Of a DNA stretch of 64,000 nt, positions 1-13,600 are shown one piece after another. The notes below the pieces were generated by a model, which worked only from the letters and a program-made list of their open reading frames with translations, had not been told where the DNA came from and searched no databases. Made by a program: the position numbers and the translations under genes. This DNA is from Intoshia linei (taxonomy: Eukaryota > Animalia > Orthonectida): NCBI GenBank assembly GCA_001642005.1, contig LWCA01000003.1, forward strand, positions 65,649 through 129,648, given 5' to 3'. The number at the start of each line of letters is the position of its first letter. Position 1 is the first letter of the stretch.

Positions 1-419
1 ACTAAATAATTTTAACATTCAGCCACTTGCCCGACAATAAAATACAAAAACAACGAAAGAAAAAATAAAAATACTCCAACCATTGCCAAATCATGTATAA
101 ATAGTTTACTCAACACAACTGAAAGTTCTATTGTAAAAAATTAATATTTTATTTACATCAATTTTAGTCTATTGCAAACAAAATTGCAAATTATTCCTTT
201 TTTCCAGAAATTTTTCCAGTATTTATTTCTTACCTTAAAAAACAGGTTTTTATATATTTTTTATTTTTCATCAACTTTTCAAGGTTCTGCTTTTGCAAAA
301 TAATGTCGTTTATAGATTAGTCGTGTTTTCGAATGTTTTGTTTCAAAATTATCAAATATCTCTTTTACGATATGTATGTTTACTTTTTATCATTTTCAGT
401 TAAATTGTAGCATAGAGAA

Positions 420-1626
420 ATGACGTCATTTTTGTTTGAATTACTTACTGTTCCCGTGACGGATAAAACTGATGATTTTGCTGATACTATACGGATCAAA
501 ATTAGATTGTATCATCTGTTTTACATGATTTTTAAACGTTATCCTTCTAAACGTTCTGACATGATATCTGTTATATATAATCTTTATACAGCCAAACTGA
601 AAGAATACGATGGTGAAATAATTCTCGTTTCTGAAGACAGTCCCCTGACTAAAGAAATCATTAATATTATTTTGTTACTAGTTACTAATGATAAAGTAAT
701 TTTTTTATAGTCTTTTTTCATTTTAATATAGTATTACTTTCAAAAATTTGTGGACATGTATCGTAATGATAAACATTTGAATTATCTAATTATCAACATA
801 TTAAAGGTATTTTATAATATTTTATTCTATCTAAAATATATAAAAGATCAATTACGTCGTATATGATTATTTAAATGTTGCATTTATTTTTTAGTTGTAT
901 CTTAACATTTGTGAGCAGATTTCATAATTGTAAAATAATCAGTTTTACATGTTAAATTGTTTTAAAACAACGAGGATATGTCATATCAATGTAGATTCTA
1001 AGTGAAATAATATTGGAATTCTATTTTCCTAGCTACAGTACTTTTAATTTTTTTAATTTAGTTTATACATGTGTCTGACGGACAAGCTACCATTTCATGT
1101 GTTAGGATTTTAAATTTTCTGGAAGATAAAGGAATACACGTACCAAACAATATACCAATATATTATACAGATGTTTATTTCTCACCTTATGATTCCAATG
1201 TTCAATTTTTATCCAAATGTAAACCATCCAGATTTTCACGTTTCTTTTTTTCAAGAAAAATTTCAGTTGATGAATCAATCGACACTGATGAATATATGAA
1301 CGCTGCTAATGTTATGTGGAATGAAATTATTCAAGAATTTAAAACTCCTATTATTAAAAATAAAAAAAAACACATTTCAAATATATTTGAAATTGTAAAC
1401 CCACTGTTTTTAAAATCAAAAGTTTGTATAAAATTTAATATTAAAAGTACTATGTACTAGTGTGTTCAACTTTTATAAAAAGTACTGAGTTTTACTTTTA
1501 CTGAGTTTTTTTTGTACTGAATATAAAAACTTAGTACTTTTAAGAATAAGCATAGTTTTAAAAATTATTAATTTTGTCAATCAGATTGGGTTTTCAATCA
1601 ATGCATTGGAAAATTCTATTAAATAA
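420..1626 (+). CDS. Uncharacterised multi-exon protein
   Basis: ORFs 420-695, about 733-807 (YYFQKFVDMYRNDKHLNYLIINILK), 1062-1421 and 1585-1626 (IGFSINALENSIK*) join in phase through GT-AG introns. No family recognised; the true start may lie upstream. Confidence 0.5.
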
Positions 1627-2546
1627 TTAAATTATCAATACCTGCAACTAGTGCATAATTGAAAGATTATTTTCTGCGGTGGAGTTATTCAAGTCTAATC
1701 GTAGAATTATTATTGAGCCAGAATTATTTGAAACTGAATTTCAAAATACAATATAAAATTTATACTCATATGAATTTAGTTAAATGCTGTTATTCAATAA
1801 ATGTTACCACTTTTACAATTCAGATTCTTTACGACTGTTTTTTAAAAAAATAAAAATTAATTGCAAAAAACAGCAGTTTTTTTGACTTTAAATGAATTAA
1901 ATATAGCTCAATTCAATAATCAATTAAATTAAATTTTCCGAATATTGGTTTACCTGTAAAAAATAGTTATCTGCGCTCTTTCAATTGATAGTTTAATAAT
2001 ATTCAGGGTTGGTGGTTCTATGTTTTCCAAAACGAAATAGAATGTTTGGTCAAATGGTGAAAAGCTAATAAGTTAAAATTATTTTTTCTGACATTAATTT
2101 AATATTAATTAATTTTAAGCATTTTTGATTATGTTTCTTAGTCGTTTATTTCGTAGTTCTATAAATTCATTTATTGTTGGTTTTTTTCTAATTACAACAA
2201 ATAGTATAATTCAAAATTATTTGGAATCAGATTCGTTGTTTTTTTTTAAGAATCGAATCGGCATCGTTGAAAATTTAGGAATCGTCGCATCACTAATTAT
2301 AATTCTATTAATTATGTTAATGAAAAAAATGCGTATTACATTGATAGTATTCATTTTACTCATAGAAAAACCTAAACAAAATTAGAGTTTAGATTTAGTA
2401 AAAATTTTAAGATAGGAATCCCGTGACTGGACTCAATTTACGGGTTAATAGGTAAGTGGTTTTTGTGGTAACTTCTACATAATATAATGTATATCATAAC
2501 TTGAATACATAAATATTTACACATTTTGCAGGTTATCACTTTACAT

Positions 2547-2848
2547 CAAGGGTCGGTAACCTTTTGCATCTCGTGGGCCACTTTTTATATCAAAAAATTA
2601 TATGGCCCCCGTTTTGGAAAATTTACACTATAGATTTCAATTTTAATTAAAGAGAACGTTTCTAGTATATTCAAAAAATAGAATCCAGGGCGATTTGAAA
2701 ATTGAGTATTAAAATGAATATAATAAGCCAATTTAATAGAAAATGTTTAAAAATTGAAAAACAAATAATTTGCATGTTTACTGAAAAAGTCACAAAAATT
2801 ATTGTTTTACTAATTGTTAATAAAATTATTACTGGTTGCCGACCCTTA
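2547..2848. mobile_element. hAT (Buster-type) MITE
   Basis: TIRs caagggtcggtaacc / ggttgccgaccctta with TSD ctttacat/ctttacac (7 of 8 match). A reverse-orientation relative lies at 51179-51486. Confidence 0.8.
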
Positions 2849-2977
2849 CTTTACACGAACGATTCACAAATTTTGGAACAGACTCTGGTCAACAGAGTAT
2901 GTGTTTTGTAACTTCCGAGTTGTTAGGTTATTGAATATGTTCAAAATAATACCAGTAAACTTATCCTCATATCAAAA

Positions 2978-4535
2978 ATGTTTAGTGTTAATCTAAAAAT
3001 GCTTAAAAGTATTAATAATGGAAAATTGATTAGATTTTATCACAAAAATGTAATTAATTGTATATTTAAACTAATTATTTGTAGGTACTTGATCATTACA
3101 ATAATCCCAGAAATGTGGGTTCTTTCAATAAGGATGACTCTTCTATTGGTACTGGTATAGTTGGAGCTCCTGCTTGTGGAGATGTTATGAAATTACAGGT
3201 ACTAATGTCTTTATATACATACTTTATTGTTTCCAAAAAATACTACCACATTCTATTATTTAACCTTATAAGAAGAGTAAATATATGTGGAGGGCAGAGT
3301 TGCCAGATTTTATTTATTTAAAATCGATTATTTTGAAATTTTTGTTTTCGATGTGTACAGTTGTTTTTTTGCTGAAGTACTGCAATGAATTAATCATAAA
3401 TTTAGTTTCAATAGTTGAAAATTTTGTTTTATATATTTGTGCAAATTTAAATTTAATCTGAATTTTTGGATATACATTATGCTACGGAAATTCCATTTTA
3501 ACGGAATTTTGAATTATTTATTTTTTCTTAACGAATTTGTATTAACCAAAAATTCCGATAATTTAAAAAATTTTATATCTAGAATATTAAGCTCTAGAAT
3601 CCATTTTTAATGACATCATAAATATAAACTAATTTTTTTACTAATTAGAACTTCTAGAAGTCATATTTAAAGATAAATTATAACATTTTCTGATGAAACT
3701 ATTGAGAAACATTAAAAAAATTGAGGTGATAAAGCGTTAAATCACAAAATAAATAAAAATTGTTAACGTAAAACTGAAAATTTAATTTAATTTTTAATTT
3801 AATTGATCAAAATATAAATGTTTCCATGATTAAATATGCGCGAGTATCGCACTTTCTGGCAACTCTGGTGGCGGGTAGAATGATTTGTATGTAACGTTTC
3901 TATATAGAGTTTCCAACCACCTTCAATATTTTTACATATCCTATTATTTTCTGTTAGAACATGAATAAACATATTTTAAAACGTATATAATAAATAATGT
4001 ATATGTATACGTGCAGGTGCGTCACATTTATAGTATAAAATTTATAAAATTATCTATAATATATTATAAAATATAGATAATATGTATCTTTTTACATTTC
4101 CAACGTAAAAATATGAATATTTTTATTTAGGTAAAAGTGGACGACGATGGAAAGATTATCGATGCTAAATTCAAGACGTTTGGTTGTGGTTCAGCAATAG
4201 CTTCTAGTTCTTTAATGACTACAATGATTATTGGACAAAATGTATTTTATAATATTTTAAGTTTTATTTTATTTTAATTTAGCTTTCACATGCTTTAGCG
4301 ATTAAGAATACAGAAATTGCAAACAAGTTGAATTTACCGCCTGTTAAATTGCACTGTTCCAGTATTTTTTAATTTTTTATATGCTTCTTCAAAAATTTAA
4401 AAAATAATTTTCACGGACCCGTTGAATTGTACAATTTATCGTTTAAATTTAAATTTAGTGTTGGCGGAAGATGCTATTCAAGCAGCAATTAAAAATTATA
4501 AAGAAAAAAAATCTAAACCAAACGTGGATGTATAA
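2978..4535 (+). CDS. ISCU: Mitochondrial iron-sulfur cluster scaffold protein IscU
   Basis: Five exons give YHKNVLDHYNNPRNVGS...GAPACGDVMKLQ|VKVDDDGKIIDAKFKTFGCGSAIASSS...LPPVKLHCSMLAEDAI. All three Cys ligands and the LPPVK Hsp70-binding motif are present. Confidence 0.97.
3295..3867. mobile_element. MITE with 13-bp TIR and 8-bp TSD (hAT/P-like) in ISCU intron 2
   Basis: Perfect TIR cagagttgccaga / tctggcaactctg; TSD gtggaggg/gtggcggg. Confidence 0.8.
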
Positions 4536-5446
4536 TCTTATCCACGTTAATATTCAATAACGTGTATAAAGTTGTGAAAGATTAAGAATACATTGGTTAA
4601 AATATTTTAATTTTGTATTTATAAAATTTATTATTTTTTTTAATATATTTATATATAATGTAACATTAGCCGGGTTATTTAAAACTAATATTTTTATGTA
4701 TCGATTTTAGTGATATAAAAAGCAACCTCGTACATTGACAGTAGGTGTTCACTTCTGATGTGTTTTTTTTATTAGAAAACTCATTTTGTATGTGGACGCC
4801 TTTTTGATTATAAGCATTTATCTAAAAAATTTTAAAATAGTTTCGTTTCAAAAAGAATGTATAGTCGAAATTATACTCTTAATTTCGAAATATATTATTT
4901 GTTCTGGTGGCTAGTATTTGTATATATTAAATAATAGGGGTGAAATTACAATTTTTTACTGTTGATGAAATTTTAATCTCAAAAATTATAGAGGCTAGAA
5001 AGACTTGATAAAATGGTGAAGACTTAAGATTGATTGGTCGATTTAACATTACAAGACACTTACATAACTATGTTTTAGTACCGCCCAAAAAGTTTTATAT
5101 TGGTTTGACCTTGATCCGGTACTGGCATACACGTATTGTGCAATTTAATTCTAAAAGATGACAGTGATAAACGGTTTGTTATACTTAGATTTTATTTTTT
5201 GATATTGGTAGTTCTCATTGCATCCCAAGAAAGATTTATTTTTTACAAATATTGCATTTCAACGATTTTAATTAATTATTTATCAGTATACATTCTAGAA
5301 TCTAGAAGGTGCCATTTATCCTGAATCCACTCAATTATCTTTAAATATCCAAGTTTAATGCCAGATTATATCCAATATAATATTTGACAGATGACGAAAT
5401 CGAGAAAATAAAATTAAAAGTATTATCGACTCATTTTGATATTTTT

Positions 5447-5920
5447 TCAGACTGCAGATGTTACAAAATGGGTGCATATCCTCCATCTTATAACTAGAAA
5501 ATGTTTTTTATAAAAATTTAATTTACAATATAAATTAATTTTGTTTTTTTAAGAGTCACTTTTGCACAATATTAAACAATTTACTATATTTAGTATTAAA
5601 AATATATAATTAATAATTACTCGTAAATAATAACATGCTGAGAAATATCAAAGATGCGGAAATAATGAGTAGCACTAATCCTTCCAATTCGAGACTAAAA
5701 ATTTAATTGGGTTTAAATAGAAAAATTATCACCTTTCATTGGAATCACCGTAGAAAAAATATAAAAAACTTCCAGGGATTAGGCAGAGTATTCCTATAAT
5801 AATAACCAATAATGCAGCAAAATATAAATTGTTTTTCTTGTTATTGTTGCATATGGTAGGTAAATATTGAGGTGGTATAATTCTAAAATCAAACTGTTTT
5901 ATTTCATCCTTTTCTTTCAT
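5447..5920 (-). CDS. Small two-transmembrane protein, unknown family
   Basis: Three phase-compatible exons: ...LYFAALLVIIIGILCLIPGSFLYFF...|LELEGLVLLIISASLIFLSMLLFT|IIRWRICTHFVTSAV*. Confidence 0.55.
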
Positions 5921-6374
5921 TATTGACTCAATAAATATTTACATTTAAATTATTATGCATTAATTTTAATTATTGAAGCTTGAAACATTTTATGTACTAG
6001 AATTATTATACTTGGAAACTCAAATTAGTTCAAAATATAACATTGTTTATTAGTATTTGGTCTTGCTTCGATTCAGCATTCAGTCGTATCTATATTTGTG
6101 ATAACCTGAATACACGTTAACGTTATTTTATCTTTTTCTAATTAAATATTTGTTAACAACTAAACAACCTAATTTTAGGATAATTACATTAAAATTTTAA
6201 TATTTAAAAAGTAGACAGTGTTAATAACCCGCCGTCGCTTTATTATAGGTTAAAATAAATATTATTGCAATCAAGTGTATATTACTCGAAGAGATACTAT
6301 CATACATTCTTGTATACTTATATCATTATTAGATTAAAACTTTACAAGTTATAATATTTAGTGATCAACAACTT

Positions 6375-6479
6375 TTCAAGTTAGATTTTCAAACGTGAAT
6401 TTATTTTTTTGGTATAATAAAAATGTGCCCTCGGCAGACCTAGGTGCTGTTTGTACGTAGTACATAACAATCAACCTAG
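6375..6479 (+). mobile_element. Helitron 3' end fragment
   Basis: Hairpin tgtttgtac-gta-gtacataaca, then CTAG followed by T; same family as 58008-58749. Confidence 0.7.
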
Positions 6480-7061
6480 TTTACTATATATAATTAATAA
6501 TATAGTAATGATAATTAAGAATTTTGGTAGTGTTTATATTAGTTGACAATTAATGAGAATATTAGCATTGTTTTTGCTGCTAATAATTGAAATCTCGGTA
6601 CATAATTTAAAAATATAACTGTTATGTGAATTTTAAATTTATCTTAAATTTTTTGTATGAATTTCAATACAATATAATTACATTTGAGATGGGTAAATAT
6701 TAACCGATTTAATTTTTTTGTGATAAATGCTTAAAATCAAAAAAAATGCAAAATGAGTTTTCTAATAAAAAAAAATAAAAAGTGGACATACTAGTGTTAT
6801 ATACTTCATATGTAATAGTTGGAAATATAGAAATGTTACCACACGCATAGAATTTTAAATTTAAATAGATATTTTTGTAATATTATAAATTAATTTGTAT
6901 TTCAAATTGAAAACTTATTTTTTAATTAACATTAATTAATTTTTAGAATAATGGATATTTTGATAAAATGTATTTTAATTAAGCCTTTCATTTAAAAGTT
7001 TTAATTTTACTATTTATATAAATTAAAACACGATGAATCGCGATGTAATTACATAAATATG

Positions 7062-7614
7062 CAAAGCCGTTTTAAGGCATGGGCAATATGGGCTGTAGCC
7101 CAGGACCACTCATTAAAAAAGGCCCCCAAATTAATAAAAGTACTTTACATTTATATCTTAAAAAGAGGCGCCCAATTTCAATATCAACCTCGTTTGAGTG
7201 CGCTCTCCTTAATGTATTTTAATGTATATTTGAGAATATTTTGAATGATATCAGTTTTGATAATATCATATCTGATTTCTCTCAGAAAAAGTGAGAAAAC
7301 AACATTTGTGAAGAATTTTTTGGGACTGCATGGTGCATATTTTCCAATGAAAAAGTAGCTTTGTTCATTATAAAATAAGTTTTTGTAAAAGAAATAAAAG
7401 TTACTAAAGACCTACATAATATCTTTTAATGCTTTTATTAATACTCAATGAAATAAGACTTTAAGTCTCCAACCAACGGTATGCCGTTTTCTAAAGAGGT
7501 CCTAAATTTTTTTTAACGCTTCGCTCCACATGGTTTTTTGCTTTACTCAAAACTTTAAAGGGCCTCCGGCCCTTTTTTTAGCCCAGGGCCGCGAAGTAGC
7601 TTAAGACGGCTCTG
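7062..7614. mobile_element. hAT (Tip100-like) MITE
   Basis: TIRs caaagccgttttaag / cttaagacggctctg; TSD taaatatg/tacatatg. A second copy starts at 51600. Confidence 0.8.
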
Positions 7615-8352
7615 TACATATGTCTATGTATAATATACATTATATATAATGATAAAACCATCAGATAAATAATTTTAAAGGTAGAATTCTTGAAATTATA
7701 TTATTTTTCACATTTTGGTGACCTCGAGCTGGGTAGGTTCCGCTCTATCAGTATGTATAATATACAAGGTGCCACTCAATGTTAATCAAAATATTGGTTG
7801 ATAATATATTAAAAATTATTTTTTACCGGGAATGCGTCGATTTCTGGATTTCCGATTTTGTATTTATATCAAATAAGATAAGTTCTATCAGCATAATTTT
7901 TTTTTATATTTTCGGACCTTTTATTATTTCTCATTTTTTGTTTTCTGCATCTCTCACAGGCTTCGATGCTTCTTCGTTGTGTGAGGGAGGCAACTGGTTT
8001 TATCGGTTAAATTCCGTGTGTTATTAATTTTTCAATTAAAAATCAAATTGTTTTATAGATACGACATGCGAAAAAAAATTTTTGATCATGCTTTTAGGTG
8101 CCGCGATTTTTTGAAATTTCATAAGGGTTCCGCGCAGTAAAAAAGGTTGAGAAACACTAATATAATATGTATATGAATCATATATGAACCTTTAGATGTT
8201 AAACCTTTTAAAATTTAGAATCTAATAACTTTAGATTGTAAATATTTCAATGATGTAACCATATGACTAATAAATAAAATTTTGTTTATCTAAATAAAAA
8301 TAACTATATTGAGTCACATTGCGTATTTTTAACTATAAGAAACTACTACAAA

Positions 8353-10552
8353 ATGGAATACGATTGTGAAGATATGTGTACTAATGGAAATTCTTGGGGT
8401 CCAGTCGGAACAGTCGGTATAATAATTTTTATGGTTAAAATAAAAAAATATTTAAATATAATTAATTTGGTTCTCCTGTTTTGTAATTTTGCAAGAATAT
8501 TTTAACTATATTCACCTAATTTTTAGCTAAATTGGAGAACTTACCGTATCAACCATATTCGAAACAAGAGTTAATTGGCCGAGTAATTAATAATGTTCGT
8601 ATTTTAAAATTATATTAGGTAGGTGATTGGAGTTCTTTAAACTACTACGACAAGAAAAATAATGGTATTTTATTTTAAATCTTATTTATTATTGTTAGAA
8701 AAATATAATTCGCAGTACCAGTCTTTGGTAAATAACATGTTGGATACTCGAGATGATAAAGACTTTACTTTGGTCGATTCTAAAGTTAAAACAAAAAAGG
8801 TTAACATACTATTATTAATATAATTGTTAAATTATAGTCTCGATTAAATGTAAATCGACAAAGACACGTAAATAACACCCAAACTCGTCAAGTTAATAAT
8901 GGGAAAATGTCAAATTGGTTCAAGTATAAATTTTGTTGGTATATTTAAATTAAAATTAGGGAACGCCAAAGACAAATTAGGAAAAAGCAAAAATTGTATA
9001 GTAAAAACGTGGATACTAGAAATAATGGAATTGTTAATTTTAAATGTCATGTTTCATATAATTATTAGATCAACTACCGACTAAGAAAACCGTCTATTGA
9101 AATTAGAGAAAGTTGGGAAGTTTCTGAAGAAATTGATTTAAGTCGACTCACAAAAGTTGTCATTCAAATACCTGAATTGAAAACTTTGTACTATTTTTAA
9201 TCGTCTTTTTACATTTTTATTTTAAAGGCTATTCTGTGGACAAGTTAACTACAATAATACAAATACTGACAAAATTACCAGTGCACAGGCCATACCTCTT
9301 AAAGATATGAAAGGAAAAAGCGTCAATATATCTGCTACAGATGATTGCGTCATGCGAAATGTATTAAATTCATCTTATTGACATCATTTATAAGCGATTA
9401 CTGGAATTTTAGTTTGCTCGAAACCGAGAAGCTAAAATATTTACCACAGATCACGTTTTGAGTAGACTTATGAGTTGTATTAGATCTGTATATTCCTGGG
9501 ATATTATTGTTCACAAAGTAAAAGATATGATTTTCTTTGATAGTAGAGATAAAGCACATTTGGGTATATATATTTTTCACTATTTGAATTTATTTAGATT
9601 ACTTACATGTTGGAGAAACTGCGATAAATAAAAAGGTCGACGAAACTGATTTAAATTCACCTGCCAAAATTAGTGATGAGGCCACCAACGTTTACTATAA
9701 CTTTAAAAAACAAGTTTTATCGAATGTAATTTTATTTTTGTTTCTGTACAAATAGCGTTTAGAAACAATCTCCAGAGTTTACTTGGGATTCTGAACTGGA
9801 AGAAAAATTCCAAGATAGAGATTATCCATTCGCCGGTTTCAAGTAAATTGTTTTATAGGTTTTTGTTTATCTTCAATTTAGATACCAAAAATTTAACCTC
9901 GGAGAGTATTCTATACTTGTGAGGTGTGAGGTAGATGCTGTCACGAAAGGGGAAAATGGAGACAAGTACATGAAAATCTTTTCTCTAACTGAATGGGGTA
10001 GATTGGTAAAATAATTTTTATCTCTATACCATTTTTAATATTTAGTTGACGAATCAGAGATGGAAAAATACATTAGACCAACAGCGAGCAACTGTTCTTG
10101 CCGAAGAAGTTAAAAATAACAATTTTGTTGTCGTAATTTCATCTTATATTATTTAAATATATTTTTTTTATTAGGCCAGATGGGCAATTTCTTCCATTTT
10201 AGCTGGTGTGGATCATATGAAAATTGGGTTTGTGGCAAGAAATAACCCAGATTCTAACACAGATCATACAATTTTACACACTAGAATTTTTACACCAACA
10301 GAATTTTGCACCCAAATTAACTGTAATATTGGAAACGCTTTTGCTATTTTTAAGGATATCATTGACAGAGTTATGGAAATGGACGATGGTAGATATATTT
10401 GCATGAAGGACCCAACAAAGGTTATTGTTGAATTATTTTTAATATAAATTATTTTGTAGAGAATTTTACGGTTTTACACTATTGCTGCAGATGAATTTGA
10501 TAGTGAAAATGGTTTTTAATTTTTTTTACATTTTAATTATTATTTAGAATAA
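8353..10552 (+). CDS. EIF3D: Eukaryotic translation initiation factor 3 subunit D
   Basis: Spliced product has NSWGP..LPYQPYSKQELIGRVGDW, SIEIRESWEVSEEIDLSRLTK, LMSCIRSVYSWDIIVHK, ILVRCEVDAV, ARWAISSILAGVDHMKIGFVAR and GRYICMKDPTK. The last exon is ambiguous (stop at 10519 or 10552). Confidence 0.95.
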
Positions 10553-10649
10553 TCAAAATTGTTTACTAAAATTTTATTATTTTGATAATTTGTATAATAA
10601 AATTTTATCACCATGCTCTTTATAAACAAACATTATTAATTGTATTTTT

Positions 10650-13600
10650 ATGGAATTGGTTCAGGTTTTATTTTCAAAGCAGTAAGTTATTATTATTTTA
10701 AATTATATTTTTCAAGCTCTATAGAAGATGAAATTCATAGTATCAAATTTGTCAATGGAAATGTTTACCAGGTAAAATATACCATAATCCTTATTTTAAG
10801 AAATAAAATTTTGTTAAATTACATATGAATGTCTATTTAATGTTGCAAATTTTTATTTATCCCAACTTATATAATATGCGACGCGATCTTTGTTTGTGTG
10901 TCTGTGTGTCCTATTTTATTGAAATAACTAGCACTCTTAGAATTTTTGAAAGACCACATTTCAATTACAGTTTTTTCCGAGACGTATAATAAGATAAATT
11001 TCACATCTTAAGGGTCAAAAACCCCTGTATCGTAATGTAAACGAATCTAATAAAAAACATTTCAATGTTTAACGTGGACAACCCTTTTAAAATAGACATG
11101 GTTTGAAAATTTTTTAATAAATAATAATTCAATATCTTTTAAACATTAAAAATTACATTATTTCATTATCTTAAAAAATATGATTTTTCAATTATGATAA
11201 TGTACTTTCTTTCAACTATTTTGTGAGTCCCATTGTAAAAAATTTTTGGATAACACTAAGAGACAATTTTTAACTTTTTGTCGTACACCTAGACAAAATT
11301 ACTATCATATGAAAGAGAATTTTGAGATTTTAAGAATGAACTATATAATTATAAAAATCTAAAGGGAGTTTTTGAATAAATCACGAAATGTAAATTGTTT
11401 TTTAAAAAATATATAAAAAACCAAAATGTCTATAAATAAATTATACATTTTACACGATAATAAAATAAGATGATGTAACTACATGTATGTTGATAATTAA
11501 TTATATTTTAATTTTGATTAATTAATTATGTGCCTTTAGGTTTTTAATAATTTATATATCACCGTGATTGAAATGCAGATTTTAATGATATAATATGTGT
11601 ATAGGTGCAAAATTTCGTGTCTTACTGTTATTTTTTTACGATTTCATGTAAATTTAAAAAAAGATAGTGTAAGATTGTATATAACATATTCCCACTTATT
11701 TTAGTTTACCAGGGCTGGGTAAGGCCAATAATGTGCCTGTATGATGAAAATTGTAGCTCAGATACAAATTGAAAAAAATTGGTTCCTCTATTTATTATTC
11801 AACTTTTTATCAAAAGTTTTGTTATCGTTTGTAAAAATCTAGCATGCTCGACCCCGAGTATCCAAAATATTCACAAATTATGTTTAGTCCATCCAATTCT
11901 AGAATATAGACATCTTTTCACGGACCTGTCATTGATAATTTAAATTTAACAAACAAAACAGCAATGATGTCGAAAAATATTTTTATAAATACACAATTTG
12001 GAAAATAATGGCTCATTTTCATAATATTTTCATATATCAGGAAAATATGTTTCTACTATTTCTGAATTGTTATGTGAAAAAAAGAATTATTCTCAGGTAG
12101 AACCTAACGATCACAATTTTTACAATAAAAAATGAAATTCATTAATGTCGTGATGATAAATATATTATAATTTAATATCTAGTTATTAAACGTTATTTTT
12201 TAATAATTCCATTTTGTGTGACCGTTCGGTTTCATTGGGAGAGTGTGAGTTAATATAATATACTTAGGGACAAATGAAAGATGGGTTATTGGATGGATTT
12301 GGAAAAATATATATTGCTTCTAAGAAAATAGAATATACGGTAAATAAAATAATTCCTTTTAAAATAAAATATCAGGGTTCTTTTAAAAAAAATACAATAT
12401 GTGGTAGAGGTAAATTTATATGGAAGGATAAAAGGTATTTTAACTAAAAATATTTTTACAAACTTATAGCACTTATGAAGGAGATGTTCAAAATGGTTTG
12501 AGACATGGTTATGGTACTTTTACATCTAGTTGTAAAGAGTTGAAATATACAGGATTTTGGAGCCATGGAAAGCGACATGGAAAAGTTTAGGATATTTTAT
12601 TTTATTATAATACATTAGGGAAGACTGGATTATGATTCAACCGGAAATTGTTTTTACGATGGCGATTGGTACAATAACAAAAGACACGGTTGGGGGTTGA
12701 GACAATGGAAGACTGAAAATTTGTATGAGGGAGGATGGGTTGATAATGTACGAGAAGGTGAAGGGACTATGCGATGGATTACCAAAAAAAATATTTACAT
12801 CTGCAACTGGAAAGATGGAAAACCTGTAATTTTTTAACCTACAATGTTTAAAAGTGAATTATATGAACAACTTATAATATTAAAATAGAACGGATCTGGT
12901 GAATACATTTATTTCATTGATAGAAAGCGAGATTCAGTCCAATTTTATTTGCCAAATGTTTATTCTGGGAATTTTAAAGACGGGAAAAGAGATGGAAGTG
13001 GAATTTTTTATTATTCGAATGGTAGTCGGTTTGAAGGAAATTGGATCAACAACAAAAAGGAGGGTGAGGTAATTATTTTATCATTGTTATAATCATTAAA
13101 AGTTGAATATAGGGTCGTATGATGTTTCGAAATGGATTTTTGAAGATGATTTCATTTAAAAATGATGTGATGATAACGGATGATGTATACATTAATGGAT
13201 TTAATAAATGCGATTGTAGCAGTAATTTTATAAAAGATTACAGGGTTAACAACTTTTATAGAAAACCCTTACATGAATTTTAATTTGAATATTATTAAAA
13301 ATATATTTAATTTATTCAATTATATTACATTCTCAGCGCTTGTTGTACTCTTATTAGAAGAATACATGGTATCTCTGTAATATCTTATAATACAGCGGTT
13401 GACAACCTTTTTTTCACAGATCAGCATTTCCAAAGGTGTTACCTGCAAAATTAAACAATTGTTTCTATGTAATAACTAATAAATAAAACATGTTTGTAGA
13501 AGACGTTATTGCAGAGTTGCCAGATGTTTGAATTTTATCCCAAAGCCTAGACAACCGCTAAATTATTATCTAAAAAATCTCACTTTTATGCGACCATTAA

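Noticed and set aside
2415-2447. Hairpin upstream of ISCU as an iron-responsive element
   Set aside because: No CAGUGN loop or bulged C, and it is separated from the gene by a MITE.
2125-2996. Short hydrophobic ORFs upstream of ISCU
   Set aside because: Composition reflects AT richness, and two overlap a MITE. Exon-like pieces on the minus strand (about 1950-2070) could not be joined into a model.
6059-6110. gtcttgcttcg resembling the U6 snRNA 5' end
   Set aside because: No ACAGAGA box or further U6 similarity downstream.
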